From the IMG/VR virus record IMGVR_UViG_3300048930_000242, positions 64,001 to 128,000 of that record: a stretch of 64,000 nucleotides of DNA; one strand, 5' to 3'. A program made the position numbers and the translations under genes. Shown one piece after another: positions 37,464-47,960 of the stretch (positions within the stretch are counted from its first letter, which is position 1; every line of letters begins with the position of its first letter). Under the pieces are notes generated by a model, which saw only the letters and a list, made by a program, of their open reading frames with translations, searched no databases and was not told where the DNA came from. The stretch is from a virus.

Positions 37464-38156
37464 TCAGACGATGATGGTGTTCACGAGCTTCAGCACGTTT
37501 GTCATGAAGACATGTTTGCCGAGGACCGGATTGTCGTAGAACTGGTTGACCAGAGTGAAGTCGACCAGATTCCGTGAGATCTGAGCCTCCGAGGCGTGAC
37601 TTCGGAACTCCTCTTTGCTGGTCGCTCCGATCGAACTCCCAAGAGCCTCGACCTGGATGATCACTCCGCCCATCTGGCGGATTGCCTCGGCCTCGTTATC
37701 GAAGCGCACGTCGGTGATCACCGTGAAGTAGCCATTGGCCTTGTTCTTCTGGACGTTCCGACGGACAATGTCCAGCCAGATTGAGTCCGAGATCATGTTT
37801 CGGCCCCAGTCTGTGCCGAGAGTCTGGAGCATGAACCGCAATGACTTGCCTCCGAACTCCGGTATAGGGTCGTTCTTGCCGACTCCACCGTGCTCTTTGT
37901 AGATCTTGTCTACGTCGATTCCGAGACACTTGATCATCTTGCGGATCGGCTCGGCGAAGGACTCTCGCTTGACACGGATACCGGAAGACTCGATCGCATC
38001 TCCGGCCGAGTCCTTGCCGGAGCCGGCTTTTCCGGCGAAACCAATCACCGGAATCTTGATATCTTGGAAACCTTCGGACTTCTTGAAGATCTGCTGGTAG
38101 AAGGCATTCGCGACCTTCTCAAAATCAATGATGGCCGCTTGGCCCAACTTAGACAT
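37464..38156 (-). CDS. gp1: Deoxynucleoside monophosphate kinase (T4 gp1-like)
   Basis: G.AGSGKD, SFAEP, R.MLQTLGTDWGR, ITDVRFDNE, HASE. Confidence 0.92.
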   Translation of the reverse strand: MSKLGQAAIIDFEKVANAFYQQIFKKSEGFQDIKIPVIGFAGKAGSGKDSAGDAIESSGIRVKRESFAEPIRKMIKCLGIDVDKIYKEHGGVGKNDPIPEFGGKSLRFMLQTLGTDWGRNMISDSIWLDIVRRNVQKNKANGYFTVITDVRFDNEAEAIRQMGGVIIQVEALGSSIGATSKEEFRSHASEAQISRNLVDFTLVNQFYDNPVLGKHVFMTNVLKLVNTIIV

Positions 38157-38167
38157 TCACATTCTCC

Positions 38168-38581
38168 TTATTCTGTTAACATCCTGTAGGCGCGAGCATT
38201 CAGCCTGATGCCTTGGACTCCGTGCACTTTCAGAAGCTCTTGTAGAAACTTCTTGCGTTGAACAAGCCACCCCTGGAGCAATTCAACTCGTTGAAAGTGA
38301 ATGTCGTCGCTGTAATAGAATTCCTCGTACGGCATTTTTCCACTACAGACGAGGTTGATTGCGGCCGCGTAGGCTTCTTGGTGAGTTCCGTATCGCGGCC
38401 TCTTCCACCAAAGCCAACCGACGATTTTCTTCTTCAGAATCTCGGTGCATTCATCGATCAGCGCCAGGCGCTTATTGGAAATCAATACATCGGCCTCAAA
38501 GATCTTTTCTTCGGCCTTTTTATGCACCCATTCAAGGCTGCATTCAATCTGGAAGTCAGGAGTTGGTTCGCATTTGCTCAT
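38168..38581 (-). CDS. Hypothetical protein
   Basis: ORF in operon. Confidence 0.55.
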   Translation of the reverse strand: MSKCEPTPDFQIECSLEWVHKKAEEKIFEADVLISNKRLALIDECTEILKKKIVGWLWWKRPRYGTHQEAYAAAINLVCSGKMPYEEFYYSDDIHFQRVELLQGWLVQRKKFLQELLKVHGVQGIRLNARAYRMLTE

Positions 38582-38766
38582 TTTGATTTCTCTCTTTCAG
38601 AAGTTGTCCGTGTAGTTGGGCAATCACCGCCGCATACACATCCAGGCTTTGCTTTGGCGGCCCTACTTGGAAATAGTGGAGCCACCAATGTCTGGAGTTT
38701 GGTTGGCGGATTCGAATCCCGACAACCTCTTCGTATTTGTCGTCGAGCATATACTCGACTTCGTAC

Positions 38767-39909
38767 TCATTTGGCTTCGTCATAAACCTTGTTCATCACC
38801 TTGAAAGAGCGGACCTTTCCGTTCTCGTCGACGTATTGGCAGACCACGCCTTCGAACATCTCGAAGTTATACTCCGGAGCCAAGAGCTCTTCTTCCTTTG
38901 TCGCAGACAGCGCCTCGGCCAGAGTCTTCGAAGTCTCGATCTTCCGAAGGAACTCTGCGGTGATCACAGTGTTGCACGAGAGGTATGGCACAGTTCGGAT
39001 GTCTTCGATGTCCAGAAGAGACTCGAACGGAAGGTACTCAAGAGTCCGAAGGTCGAGCAGCGAGAACCAAGAGACACTCTTCTCTCGTTGACTCCAAGGA
39101 TTGTACTTGCCGGACTGGATGCCTGGTCCATGGACTTCGCCGCGGATGGCCAGTGATTTGCCGGTCTTGACGCAGTAGTCCTCGAGCATCTTGAAGATGT
39201 TCGAAGACTTCACGGCATCCCAGTACCGATTGGTCTCACCGACTCCAGGAATCTTCAGCTCGTTGTTCCTGGCGCAGTAGCCAAGGATTGGTCGATCTTC
39301 AGTTCCGCCTTCGGCAAGGACATATCCACGATGGCCAGGAAGGACGCAGTAGACGGTCAATGATGTACCGTCGATCTTTTCGGTGACCGTACACACTTGT
39401 CCAAGAACCTGGGCTTCTCCAAGGTTCTGGTAGCGGTCCTCGTCGGTCGGCATCAAGCAAAACGGAAGCGGACCCTTGACGGTGAGGTCGGTCGGAAGAG
39501 GCGCTTCATACTTGGTGACACCGAAAGACGCTGAGACTTCGGTCCCAGCTTTCGGGTATTTGGGGTCCGTGCTCCACCAATGATCTGTGAACAGAGCATA
39601 GCAAGATGGATCGGAAGAAACTTTGTTGAACGGAACAACCAGGCCAAAACTCCACTCTCCACGGATGTTCTTGGCCTTCACTCGCCGGGTGGTCGAGGAG
39701 ACAAACGAAAGGTACTCTTGAGCCCACTCTCGGTCAGCCGGAAGAGACGCGTCAGGATGGACCAAGAAGCATTTCGAGCCGACCTGGTACACGCCACGGC
39801 CAACGATCGCCTCGTAGCCAGCGACTCGGACGATGTCCAGGCGGTCAGCATTCGGATGCGGTCGGACGGACTCGACACACTCAAAGGTCATCAACTTGTT
39901 ACTCATCAT
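38767..39909 (-). CDS. ATP-dependent RNA ligase (DRB0094/Rnl5-like)
   Basis: N-terminal HPNADRL, TDE.R.QN, motif I TEKIDGTS, RGE..GPGIQ, EGVV, SFKV. Confidence 0.88.
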   Translation of the reverse strand: MMSNKLMTFECVESVRPHPNADRLDIVRVAGYEAIVGRGVYQVGSKCFLVHPDASLPADREWAQEYLSFVSSTTRRVKAKNIRGEWSFGLVVPFNKVSSDPSCYALFTDHWWSTDPKYPKAGTEVSASFGVTKYEAPLPTDLTVKGPLPFCLMPTDEDRYQNLGEAQVLGQVCTVTEKIDGTSLTVYCVLPGHRGYVLAEGGTEDRPILGYCARNNELKIPGVGETNRYWDAVKSSNIFKMLEDYCVKTGKSLAIRGEVHGPGIQSGKYNPWSQREKSVSWFSLLDLRTLEYLPFESLLDIEDIRTVPYLSCNTVITAEFLRKIETSKTLAEALSATKEEELLAPEYNFEMFEGVVCQYVDENGKVRSFKVMNKVYDEAK

Positions 39910-39949
39910 TGGTCTCCATGCTAAAAGGCCTTCTCGATCTGTTAGATTG

Positions 39950-39993
39950 ATTCTAACACAAAGAGAAGGCCTTGTCCAGCGTTCAATTGTAAA
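39950..39993 (-). promoter_or_regulatory. Early promoter copy
   Basis: TTTACAATTG..TGGACA-N17-TAGAAT. Confidence 0.8.
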
Positions 39994-40364
39994 ATTTGTT
40001 ACTCGTCGGCTCCGTTCGTTGCCTGGATCTCCAGAGCGAGCTTTCGCATGTCATGCGTCAAGCGGCTCATCGCATTGGACTTTGCATTGGCCTCGCGGTG
40101 ACGCTCGCGGCCATGAGCCTTCGACTTCTCGATGAAGCCACGGAAAGCAACTCGCTGCTCCTCCGGAGTGTCAATCCTCCGCGCGAGCTCGTCCATCCGC
40201 TTGCAGACCTTCGTGTACCCGATGATGCAGGTTCGCTTTTTCATTTTCAATGATCCTCTTGATGGATTCGGAAACTTCGGACTCAACTCGATCGTACCAG
40301 TCTTCCCACTCTACGTTGCGTTCGGTGAGCATTTCCCTGGAGCTCCTCGGTAGTTGGTAGGATC

Positions 40365-40393
40365 ATTCTACCACTTTCCGAGGAGCTTGTCCA
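40365..40393 (-). promoter_or_regulatory. Early promoter copy
   Basis: TGGACA-N17-TAGAAT. Confidence 0.75.
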
Positions 40394-40401
40394 GCGTCAG
40401 A

Positions 40402-41403
40402 TCACTTGATTACAATCACCTTGGTGCCACTCACCAGCTTACGATTGAGGCTGGTGCTCTGGACGAAGACGTCCCAGACATTGCCCGGAGTCTTGTCGAC
40501 CGAGATCCGCACCGTACCGGCCGGGATCCCAAGGATTGCGCGAGCGTTCGGACCGTGGTAGGCCTTGCCGGAAACTCGGTGGACGATCAAGAGGTTCTTC
40601 ATCGGACCAAGCTGTTCGGACTTCGTGAGCTGGTAGTAGGCCGAGCCCTTCACATAGCGGCCAAGTTTGCTCTCGACGAACGGAGCGATCTCCACACCGT
40701 CGAAGTTCACATCCAGGAACTGGAGAGGCTGAGTGAACGCGGCCACCGTTCCTTCCGCAACGGCCTTCTGAACAGCCGCTGTGTTCGGACGGAAGAGGCT
40801 GCTCGAAGTGGTCTGACCGGACGAACGAGTGGTTGCGTATTCACGCATCGAGGAAGTGACGGTCGCCTTGACCTCAGAGAAGTCTCGGTTGATGTCCCAA
40901 ATCTGGATGTTGCCGTGAGGGATTCCAAGGCTCTTCGCGTAGGTCTCGCCGTATTGGTTCGGCACGAAGGCAGCCACGGTCACCAGGTTCGCCAACTTGG
41001 CGTGCTGAGACTTCAGCGTCGAGATAGGAACCCGCGAGCTGTTGTCCTCACCATCGGTAACCAGATAGACCAAGAACGTGCGATCACGAGAATCGCAGCG
41101 CTGGCGAAGAGCGGCGATGTCTTCATAGACCGTCGACAGTGCATCCACGATGGCTGTGTTGCCAAACGGACGGTAGTCATCGAACTTCGCGAACCGAGGA
41201 TCGCCATCGGTCAGAGCACGGGAGCAGCGCTCGTTGAATGTGTAAACGCTCACTCGATTTTCAACACCCGGAATAAGGTCTCCGGTCTCCGAGATCAAGG
41301 CGTTACAAACATTCTTCACCTGGTTGGTATGGCGCATCATCGAACCAGATTGGTCGACCACGAAATAGACATGATTGACCTGAGACGAATTGATTTTCTG
41401 CAT
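40402..41403 (-). CDS. von Willebrand factor A domain protein
   Basis: MIDAS motif VVDQSGSM, T...DA, LVTDGEDN. Confidence 0.85.
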   Translation of the reverse strand: MQKINSSQVNHVYFVVDQSGSMMRHTNQVKNVCNALISETGDLIPGVENRVSVYTFNERCSRALTDGDPRFAKFDDYRPFGNTAIVDALSTVYEDIAALRQRCDSRDRTFLVYLVTDGEDNSSRVPISTLKSQHAKLANLVTVAAFVPNQYGETYAKSLGIPHGNIQIWDINRDFSEVKATVTSSMREYATTRSSGQTTSSSLFRPNTAAVQKAVAEGTVAAFTQPLQFLDVNFDGVEIAPFVESKLGRYVKGSAYYQLTKSEQLGPMKNLLIVHRVSGKAYHGPNARAILGIPAGTVRISVDKTPGNVWDVFVQSTSLNRKLVSGTKVIVIK

Positions 41404-41481
41404 TTTAGATCTCCTTTGATTGGGACTTTGCCCTAAGTTTGGTTTCTTTTTTGGTGTGGCTTTCACCACAAACTATCTATA

Positions 41482-42927
41482 TCAGTCGAAACTAGCCTCA
41501 AGGTCGCGGTACATTTTCACTCGAGCTCGAATCGACTCTACATTCTGGTCAATCGCGTCTTCCAACGAATGCATCGCGCCGGCCACTCCAACAGGAAGAC
41601 GCTCGACCAGATTGTTCTTGCGGAACGCAACCGGCTCTCCTTTCTCGGAGAACACGGTGGTCACAATACCGGCCTTCGACTTCTTGCTGGTCTGGCCAAT
41701 AGGACTCTTGAAAACCGGATCCCAATGGTCGGAATAGATGTTGTTGGTTTTGGCCGAGCATTTCATGGCAAACGAAAAAGTGTCTCGGTCGAGCTTCTGA
41801 AGAAGTGCTCCGCCCATACCAAAGGCGATATTATCGGCAGAGAAACCATTATCATGGATCTCTTGAAGAATCTCTCCAATACTAACAGGATTAACTCCAT
41901 CTCCTTGGATAATTCGGACACGGTTCAAAACCTTGAACCCTTTTGTGTTAATTGTGTAACCAAATTTCTTTGCCAAAATCCAAAGACACTGAATGACAGT
42001 CTCCTTTGGATCTCCTGAATCTGGCCGAATCACCAGAGTTCCAGGCGCAGCGAGCACCTCGTCTTTCAGCACTCCGCCCCAGATGTTCTCACAGGCGTTG
42101 AAGATGTCGTAAGAGTCCGAGACAACAGCAAAGAGTCCTCCGCCGAACTGCTTGATCATGTTCCGATAGGCGTCGACCTCGTTGTCCTTGCCCCAGGAGG
42201 TGATCGTCGAATGCTCGGCTGCCGGGATCGAGAATCCGACCATCTCGGAATCATAGACCTCTTCGGCGAAAGCCAGAGCCTCCATCGTGTCGGTACCCAT
42301 GAAGCCAACGCAAAGGTGAGCGAAGCCACCAAGTTCGGCCGACTCATGAGAACTGACGCCTCGAGCTCCGAAGTCATGGAGCATGAATGGGAGCTTAGAC
42401 TTGTCGTCGCAAGTTAGGTCCATATAGTACTCGATCATCTCATAGCAGTAGTTCGAGATCGAGGCCACAGTGGACGGATACCAGATGCACCGCTGGATCA
42501 GCGTCTCGAGGAACCCAGGCAGCCAGAAGAAGTCCGGATCGGTGTTCACGACGGTGAGGATCGGAACGCCTGGGTTGACGATCGTGCCTTCCTTGACCGT
42601 ATTGATCTTGACGGCGCCAAGGAGACGACCACCATACCGCTCGACCAGAGTGTTCCAACCTTCCTCGTTGAACGGCTCTCCGGCGGCTGTTACAATCCGC
42701 TTCGCCTGTTCAACATGAGCGGAAGTCACTCGAAGGCTCTCCAGGAGAGCCAGAAGGTAACGCTGTCCGACGCAGACTACTTTGGTGATTGCATCTTCTC
42801 CACTGAGCGTCTTGATCGAACGAGCCTCAATGTACTCGTAGACATAGTTGGTGTCCGGCGGATACTGGAGATAGTGACTGTGCTTATAGGCATCGGTCAT
42901 GAGAATTGGGTTATTGCTGCGGTTCAT
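41482..42927 (-). CDS. nadV: Nicotinamide phosphoribosyltransferase
   Basis: TDAYK.SH..QYP, LHDFGARG, PAAEHS, SDSYD, RPDSGDP, QGDG, FGMGG.LLQ. Confidence 0.96.
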   Translation of the reverse strand: MNRSNNPILMTDAYKHSHYLQYPPDTNYVYEYIEARSIKTLSGEDAITKVVCVGQRYLLALLESLRVTSAHVEQAKRIVTAAGEPFNEEGWNTLVERYGGRLLGAVKINTVKEGTIVNPGVPILTVVNTDPDFFWLPGFLETLIQRCIWYPSTVASISNYCYEMIEYYMDLTCDDKSKLPFMLHDFGARGVSSHESAELGGFAHLCVGFMGTDTMEALAFAEEVYDSEMVGFSIPAAEHSTITSWGKDNEVDAYRNMIKQFGGGLFAVVSDSYDIFNACENIWGGVLKDEVLAAPGTLVIRPDSGDPKETVIQCLWILAKKFGYTINTKGFKVLNRVRIIQGDGVNPVSIGEILQEIHDNGFSADNIAFGMGGALLQKLDRDTFSFAMKCSAKTNNIYSDHWDPVFKSPIGQTSKKSKAGIVTTVFSEKGEPVAFRKNNLVERLPVGVAGAMHSLEDAIDQNVESIRARVKMYRDLEASFD

Positions 42928-42972
42928 TGTGTTTCTCCTTTAACGTTTAACAAGGATTGGTGTTGTTATACT

Positions 42973-43914
42973 TTAGACGACTGGGTCTTTCCACATCAGG
43001 TGCCGAGAGAGCATCTCCATCAATGGACGATGATTCGGAACCAGATCGGAATAGTTCGGCCACTTTGTCAGTTCGATGGTCTTGAGTTCGAAGAGATCGT
43101 CACCCGGCTCCATTCTGCCTTTCGGATTCCGACCGATGAAGAACAGAGTCTTGATCTTGTCGACTTCCTTCCGGTACCGCCAGTCGTCGATCAGCATCGA
43201 GCCGATGTACTCGACATGGCTAAGGATCAGACCGGTCTCTTCACGGACTTCGCGCTTGGCATCGTCCTCAAAGGAAGGAGAGTTCGGCTCGGAGAATCCT
43301 CCTGGGAAGCGCCAAAGCTCCTCGTTCTTCTTCCGACCAAGGACCAACAAACCAGACTCGTTGAAAACCGCTACATCCACCGTGGTGAACGTTGTTGGGT
43401 AGCGGTGATAGGCAGACCAAACTGCGCCGGCTCGGAACTCTGCGGTGGCCTGAGGGTTCTCAGCAATGCTTTCTCGGACCGCCGTACCGGATGGATTCTG
43501 GCGAACAATCTTCGGCTCAAGAATCTCGGTCTTGAAGTCGCCGGTGTAATGCGGAATGAACGAATCACGGGACCCGTAGAGAACGGTCTCGATGCTCGCC
43601 TGACCCATGAACTGGCGATACCTCACGATCAACTCGTCGAGATTCTTAGACCAGACATGGTCGAGCATTTCGTCTTGGATGTAGCGGTAGTTGACCCGAT
43701 CGGACACGCCGATGTACTTGAAGTGATCTTCAAGCATGCGCTTACGAGATTGGAAGTCCAGAGGATTCGCCCGAGTTGCTCGGACCGAAGAGTTGCCAAG
43801 GACTACTAGAAGATGGTCGTGTTTCGAGAGGACTTCATTGAAGAGCTCGATGTGACCCGGATGAAGAGTCGGAACCTGGAAACGTCCGACAATGACGCCT
43901 AGCGAGTTGCTCAT
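42973..43914 (-). CDS. Bifunctional NMN adenylyltransferase / Nudix hydrolase (NadM-Nudix, NatV-like)
   Basis: GRFQ...H.GH, NPL, SGT.VR; Nudix box GG...AKREVREETGL. Confidence 0.92.
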   Translation of the reverse strand: MSNSLGVIVGRFQVPTLHPGHIELFNEVLSKHDHLLVVLGNSSVRATRANPLDFQSRKRMLEDHFKYIGVSDRVNYRYIQDEMLDHVWSKNLDELIVRYRQFMGQASIETVLYGSRDSFIPHYTGDFKTEILEPKIVRQNPSGTAVRESIAENPQATAEFRAGAVWSAYHRYPTTFTTVDVAVFNESGLLVLGRKKNEELWRFPGGFSEPNSPSFEDDAKREVREETGLILSHVEYIGSMLIDDWRYRKEVDKIKTLFFIGRNPKGRMEPGDDLFELKTIELTKWPNYSDLVPNHRPLMEMLSRHLMWKDPVV

Positions 43915-43964
43915 TTTTCACTCCTTCTTGGCGGTCAACGATTACACCGCTTTTGTTAGGAACC

Positions 43965-44007
43965 ATTCTATCAGCTAGGCAGGCACTTGTCCATACCTAG
44001 CTGATAG
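43965..44007 (-). promoter_or_regulatory. Early promoter with overlapping stem-loop, driving the NAD salvage operon
   Basis: TGGACA-N17-TAGAAT; CTATCAGCTAGG/CCTAGCTGATAG. Confidence 0.75.
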
Positions 44008-44028
44008 TGTTTACAACATTGTTACAAC

Positions 44029-44664
44029 TTACCGAGTACCGACTGGCTCGTAGCCTTCAGCAAACAAGAAGTCAGCATTTCCGATCAACGCGACCGATGG
44101 GGCTGGAGTCGTGTAGGTCGAAGCACCAGTGCGGCTAAGGACTTCCAGACCGTCCAAGAAATAGCTTCCCTTCACGAAGGTATCGGTTCCGTTGGAGCCA
44201 GAATACTCTGCGTAGGCGAAACCATCGGCGTCATGGAGCTTGTCATTCGAGAACTGGCAGTCAAAGGTGATGTCGTTGCGCTTGGTAATGTAACGACCGG
44301 TCTTGACGCCGTTCACATAGAAAGCCTGGTCCGGCGTGTAGGCATAGGTGAAGCCAGCGGTTCCGTCAGTCAATTCAGCTTCGGCTGGATTACGGAGAGC
44401 CGCGCCGGTTGCGAAACCAGCAGCTGGGGTAGCCGCATGAGTGGTTCCGGCCGTGGTGCACTCGTAGACGTGATAGATCGCGGTGGCGCCGTCTGCCAAG
44501 ACCTTGATGACTAGGTCACCGAGTTCATAGGCGGTGTTGCGTGCTAGTTCACGAGCCTTGCCACAAGCAATGTATGCTGGACGGGCACCGGCGTCGTAGT
44601 GAAGACGGCCCTGGGTGTCCAGGTGGAAAATGCCGTCACGGTTGGTGTGCTTGGTTTGTGCCAT
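44029..44664 (-). CDS. Probable virion protein with TAY..GD..YECTTAGT module
   Basis: Strong codon bias; upstream ATAGATA motif. Confidence 0.65.
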   Translation of the reverse strand: MAQTKHTNRDGIFHLDTQGRLHYDAGARPAYIACGKARELARNTAYELGDLVIKVLADGATAIYHVYECTTAGTTHAATPAAGFATGAALRNPAEAELTDGTAGFTYAYTPDQAFYVNGVKTGRYITKRNDITFDCQFSNDKLHDADGFAYAEYSGSNGTDTFVKGSYFLDGLEVLSRTGASTYTTPAPSVALIGNADFLFAEGYEPVGTR

Positions 44665-45381
44665 TTTAGTTCCTCAGTTTGTGGTCAGAGATCGAGCTTT
44701 GTAGCCTTATCTATTCGTTTATGACTTCTCGGATAATCCGAATCATTCTGGTTACGGACTCCGGAGTGTCAGCCAAATCATCGTATTGCCCCATATGATA
44801 GATCAGGCCATTGATTTCGGCTTCTTGAAAATCATGGAACTTCTCGATCTCACGGTACCAGAAGCTGACTTTCACTTCTTCCAGGATTTCATAGGTCCAA
44901 GCATATTGGTCAAGTCTACAAAATCGACCTTTCGAAAGAAACCGAATCACTCTGCGAATCCATTCATGCTTCTTATAGGATTCGCGGAACTCATTCACGA
45001 GTTGTGTGATACAGTTTTGCTTATAGATCCGATTCTGGATCTTCAGCACTTCTAAGTCTTTTTTGGTTTCCCAAGCTTTCATTATGCATGGCCTCAAAAT
45101 AGATTCTGGCGAAAGAAAATAGGCCAAGTACGGCCAAAACAATCAAGAGAAACATAATAAACAACCACGTGATCATGCCGAAATCAGGTGACTGCTATCC
45201 CAAAGTTTGAATCCGCAGATTGGTGTGTCGAGCAGACACGTGTTTGGATGGCCTTGCGCTTCGTCGTATCCAACGACGGTTGCCACCTTTCCATCCGGCT
45301 TGACCGGAAACTGGCCCTTGGCCCCGATGGCCGCTCCATCGCGGACCTTCACTTTGGCTCCGATAGGAAACCGTTGAATGT

Positions 45382-45621
45382 TCATTCTGTGACTCTCCTT
45401 ACATTATCAGTTGCTGAATTCTTGAAATCGCTTTCGTACCATCCCTTTCCCTTCAGCCGAAACTCCGGAGCGGTCAAAATGGTCTTCTCCAGAAGGCAGA
45501 TCTTTTCAACCTGATCCGTCTGGAGACATTCCGAAGGCATCCGATCTTCGGCCGCCGAAATAGAAAGGAACTTCTCTGTCACTAGCCCGCATTTCGGGCA
45601 CACATAATCAAATGTCGGCAT
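45382..45621 (-). CDS. FmdB-family zinc-ribbon protein
   Basis: MP.FDY.C..CG, F.LKG.GWY..DF. Confidence 0.85.
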   Translation of the reverse strand: MPTFDYVCPKCGLVTEKFLSISAAEDRMPSECLQTDQVEKICLLEKTILTAPEFRLKGKGWYESDFKNSATDNVRRVTE

Positions 45622-45959
45622 TACTTGACCTCGATTCTCTTGGAGACGGAACAGAGAGTGTTTGGCTCCACTGGAACCAACTCATAGGATTTCCGGTCAT
45701 CAGAGAAGAACAATGTGAAAACCACATCGCCGTTATCAGATGAAGTTGTGAAGTCCAGAATATCATAGCGTGTATACACCGTCTTGTAGTTGCCATCCTT
45801 GTCGGTTGCGACGCACTTCATGTCGAAGACGACGTCTGGCTCCTTGTTAGAGGACTGGCTGATTGCTGGCTGAGTTGCAACCCAAAGCCCGGCGGCCAGA
45901 AAGAACGCACCGACCATAATGGATAGGCGCTTGGTCAAAGGATTTGAGTTTACCTTCAT
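45621..45959 (-). CDS. Secreted/membrane-anchored hypothetical protein
   Basis: N-terminal hydrophobic signal. Confidence 0.6.
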   Translation of the reverse strand: MKVNSNPLTKRLSIMVGAFFLAAGLWVATQPAISQSSNKEPDVVFDMKCVATDKDGNYKTVYTRYDILDFTTSSDNGDVVFTLFFSDDRKSYELVPVEPNTLCSVSKRIEVK

Positions 45960-45994
45960 TGCTACTTTCCTTGTTGTTTCTAATGGTTATCTAT

Positions 45995-47344
45995 TCAGGC
46001 TATCTTTGCGAGATCGGCGGCGAACTCTTTCTCCGGCTTCAAACCAGAAATCCGCTTGATCTCCTTCTCGAGCTCCTTGATTTTCTTCTCGGTCTCTTGG
46101 AGGACTTCGTTGGTGAACTGGTAGACCGGAAGGTTCACCAGTCGATCCATGTTGGACTCGATTTCCTCGGTCTGGAATCCTTCACTTCGGAGAGTTCCAC
46201 CGAATTGATCACGAAGTTTAGCCTTTGTGGTCCGCAGATTGAAGTAATCATGCGGACTAAGTCCGACAGCCTCTACCAAACGGCGCTTCATTTTCAAGAA
46301 AATGAAGTCTTGATTAAGTGCCGCTAGTTCCCTTGCAAATCGCTTTGGGTATACGGTCAGACGGTACTGAACGAAATCCCATACAAGTGAACCTATGGTC
46401 GGGTAGGTATTGACCTTGCCGTCCGGACTGATGACCACGATATTCTCGGTCATCTTGACTACAAGCTTCAGATCGGCCAGAATCTGGCCGTCGTCCTTCT
46501 TCTCCAGAGAGGACGGAACCTTCAAGGAGAAGCGGAAGCGGCCGCCGGAGGTCTCGTCGGTGTAGTCATTGATGACACCCTTCTCGATCAACTTCTCGAG
46601 CTTCTCGATGTAGCCTTCACGGTCATAGCCGTATGGCAGTTCAGTCACAATGATCCGCTTCTTGTCTCGCTCGATCTTGCCGGAGACAATCCATGAAGTC
46701 CGGCCGTTCTCTTCAAACGGTTTCACCGATCCGAAGAACTGCGGAAACGAAGGCTTGATATGAGTCGCCCTGGCCTTCTCTTCCGAGAGTCCGCCAAGGA
46801 TCTCCAAGACGAAGTCCTTGATCGAGGAGATGGACCGTGGGAAGATGTCGGTGGCGAAGCCGACGGCCATGCCCGACGCGCCATTGATCGCCACGACAGG
46901 AAGGATCGGGAGGAAGAAAGATGGCTCGTTGCCGTCCGGAGACTGGCGACAGTCCTCGGAGTCCAAGAAGATCGGCAATGCGGCCGGATTGACTCGGACC
47001 GAAGTGTATCGAGCGGCTGCTGGGACCTGGACGATCCTGGAGCCGAAGTTGCCTTCACCCTCTAGAAGCGGAAGGTTGTTGGCCCATGGAGCGGCCATCA
47101 AAGATGCGGCGTCTTGGAGTGAGGAATCGCCGTGGTGGTAGTCGGCCTCGACAATCACCTGACCGCAGAGAGCAGCGGTCTTGGTGAACTTCTTGGCGTG
47201 GTTCGTTGCGGTCCAGAAGATCTTCCGTTGGGAAGGCTTCATCCCATCAATCAATGATGGGATGGCTCGTGAGAAAACCACATACCGGGCGTAATCCCGG
47301 TGCGGTCCATTGATGAGATCAGTGATTGTGGTCAAACGAACCAT
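45995..47344 (-). CDS. gp52: DNA topoisomerase II medium subunit (gp52-like)
   Basis: RAIP...DG.KPSQRK, Y.HGD.S, GNFGSR, AAARY, NG.SG.A.GF, TELP. Confidence 0.96.
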   Translation of the reverse strand: MVRLTTITDLINGPHRDYARYVVFSRAIPSLIDGMKPSQRKIFWTATNHAKKFTKTAALCGQVIVEADYHHGDSSLQDAASLMAAPWANNLPLLEGEGNFGSRIVQVPAAARYTSVRVNPAALPIFLDSEDCRQSPDGNEPSFFLPILPVVAINGASGMAVGFATDIFPRSISSIKDFVLEILGGLSEEKARATHIKPSFPQFFGSVKPFEENGRTSWIVSGKIERDKKRIIVTELPYGYDREGYIEKLEKLIEKGVINDYTDETSGGRFRFSLKVPSSLEKKDDGQILADLKLVVKMTENIVVISPDGKVNTYPTIGSLVWDFVQYRLTVYPKRFARELAALNQDFIFLKMKRRLVEAVGLSPHDYFNLRTTKAKLRDQFGGTLRSEGFQTEEIESNMDRLVNLPVYQFTNEVLQETEKKIKELEKEIKRISGLKPEKEFAADLAKIA

Positions 47345-47537
47345 CCCATGATGGCGCCAAGCGGCGCGATGAAGATTCCAACCACTCGGAGGATCGTCTC
47401 ACCGTCGAGGATGAACGGACTCTCGGTGGCGAGCTTGTAAATGTTCATGATCCAACCGATGCCGGCCAGGATAAGAAAAGCGAACATGCCAAGCAAAGTA
47501 GAAGTTCCGAAATTCCACGACCGCTGGATCGACTCAT
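47332..47537 (-). pseudogene. Small membrane protein gene with an apparent 1-nt indel near the 5' end
   Basis: RBS+ATG at 47537 opens a 30-codon frame; GIGWIMNIYKL..RVVGIFIAPLGAIMGWF is in another frame. Confidence 0.5.
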
Positions 47538-47911
47538 TGTGTTCTCCTTTTAGATTTCTTGTGAGGCCAAAAAGGCCAGGTGTTCAACTTCGGCTTCTGT
47601 TGGAGCGAAAAGCAGAACTCGCTTCCCATTGATTTCGTCCTCGAACGGATCATGGGTGCAATACACTTGCCCATAGGCCTTGACCAATTTCCGAATGAAC
47701 CTCTTATCGGTCTCCGGAGAAACTGAATCTGGAGAGTGATCTTCGAAAAGTCGTTCCAACGAGTGCTTCCATTTGACTCTGTTGAGGAAGATCATACGCA
47801 CCTCACCATAGCGAAGATGACGCAGAGAACGGCGATCACGATGATCACATTGTCCATCTTGTTCGAGAGTTCGGGTTGGATTTTCATGCCATTTCTCCAG
47901 TTGGTAGATGA

Positions 47912-47956
47912 ATTTTACCACAAAGAAGAGCGGATGTCCAACACTGAATTGTAAAC
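47912..47956 (-). promoter_or_regulatory. Early promoter copy
   Basis: GTTTACAATTC..TGGACA-N17-TAAAAT. Confidence 0.8.
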
Positions 47957-47960
47957 AATG

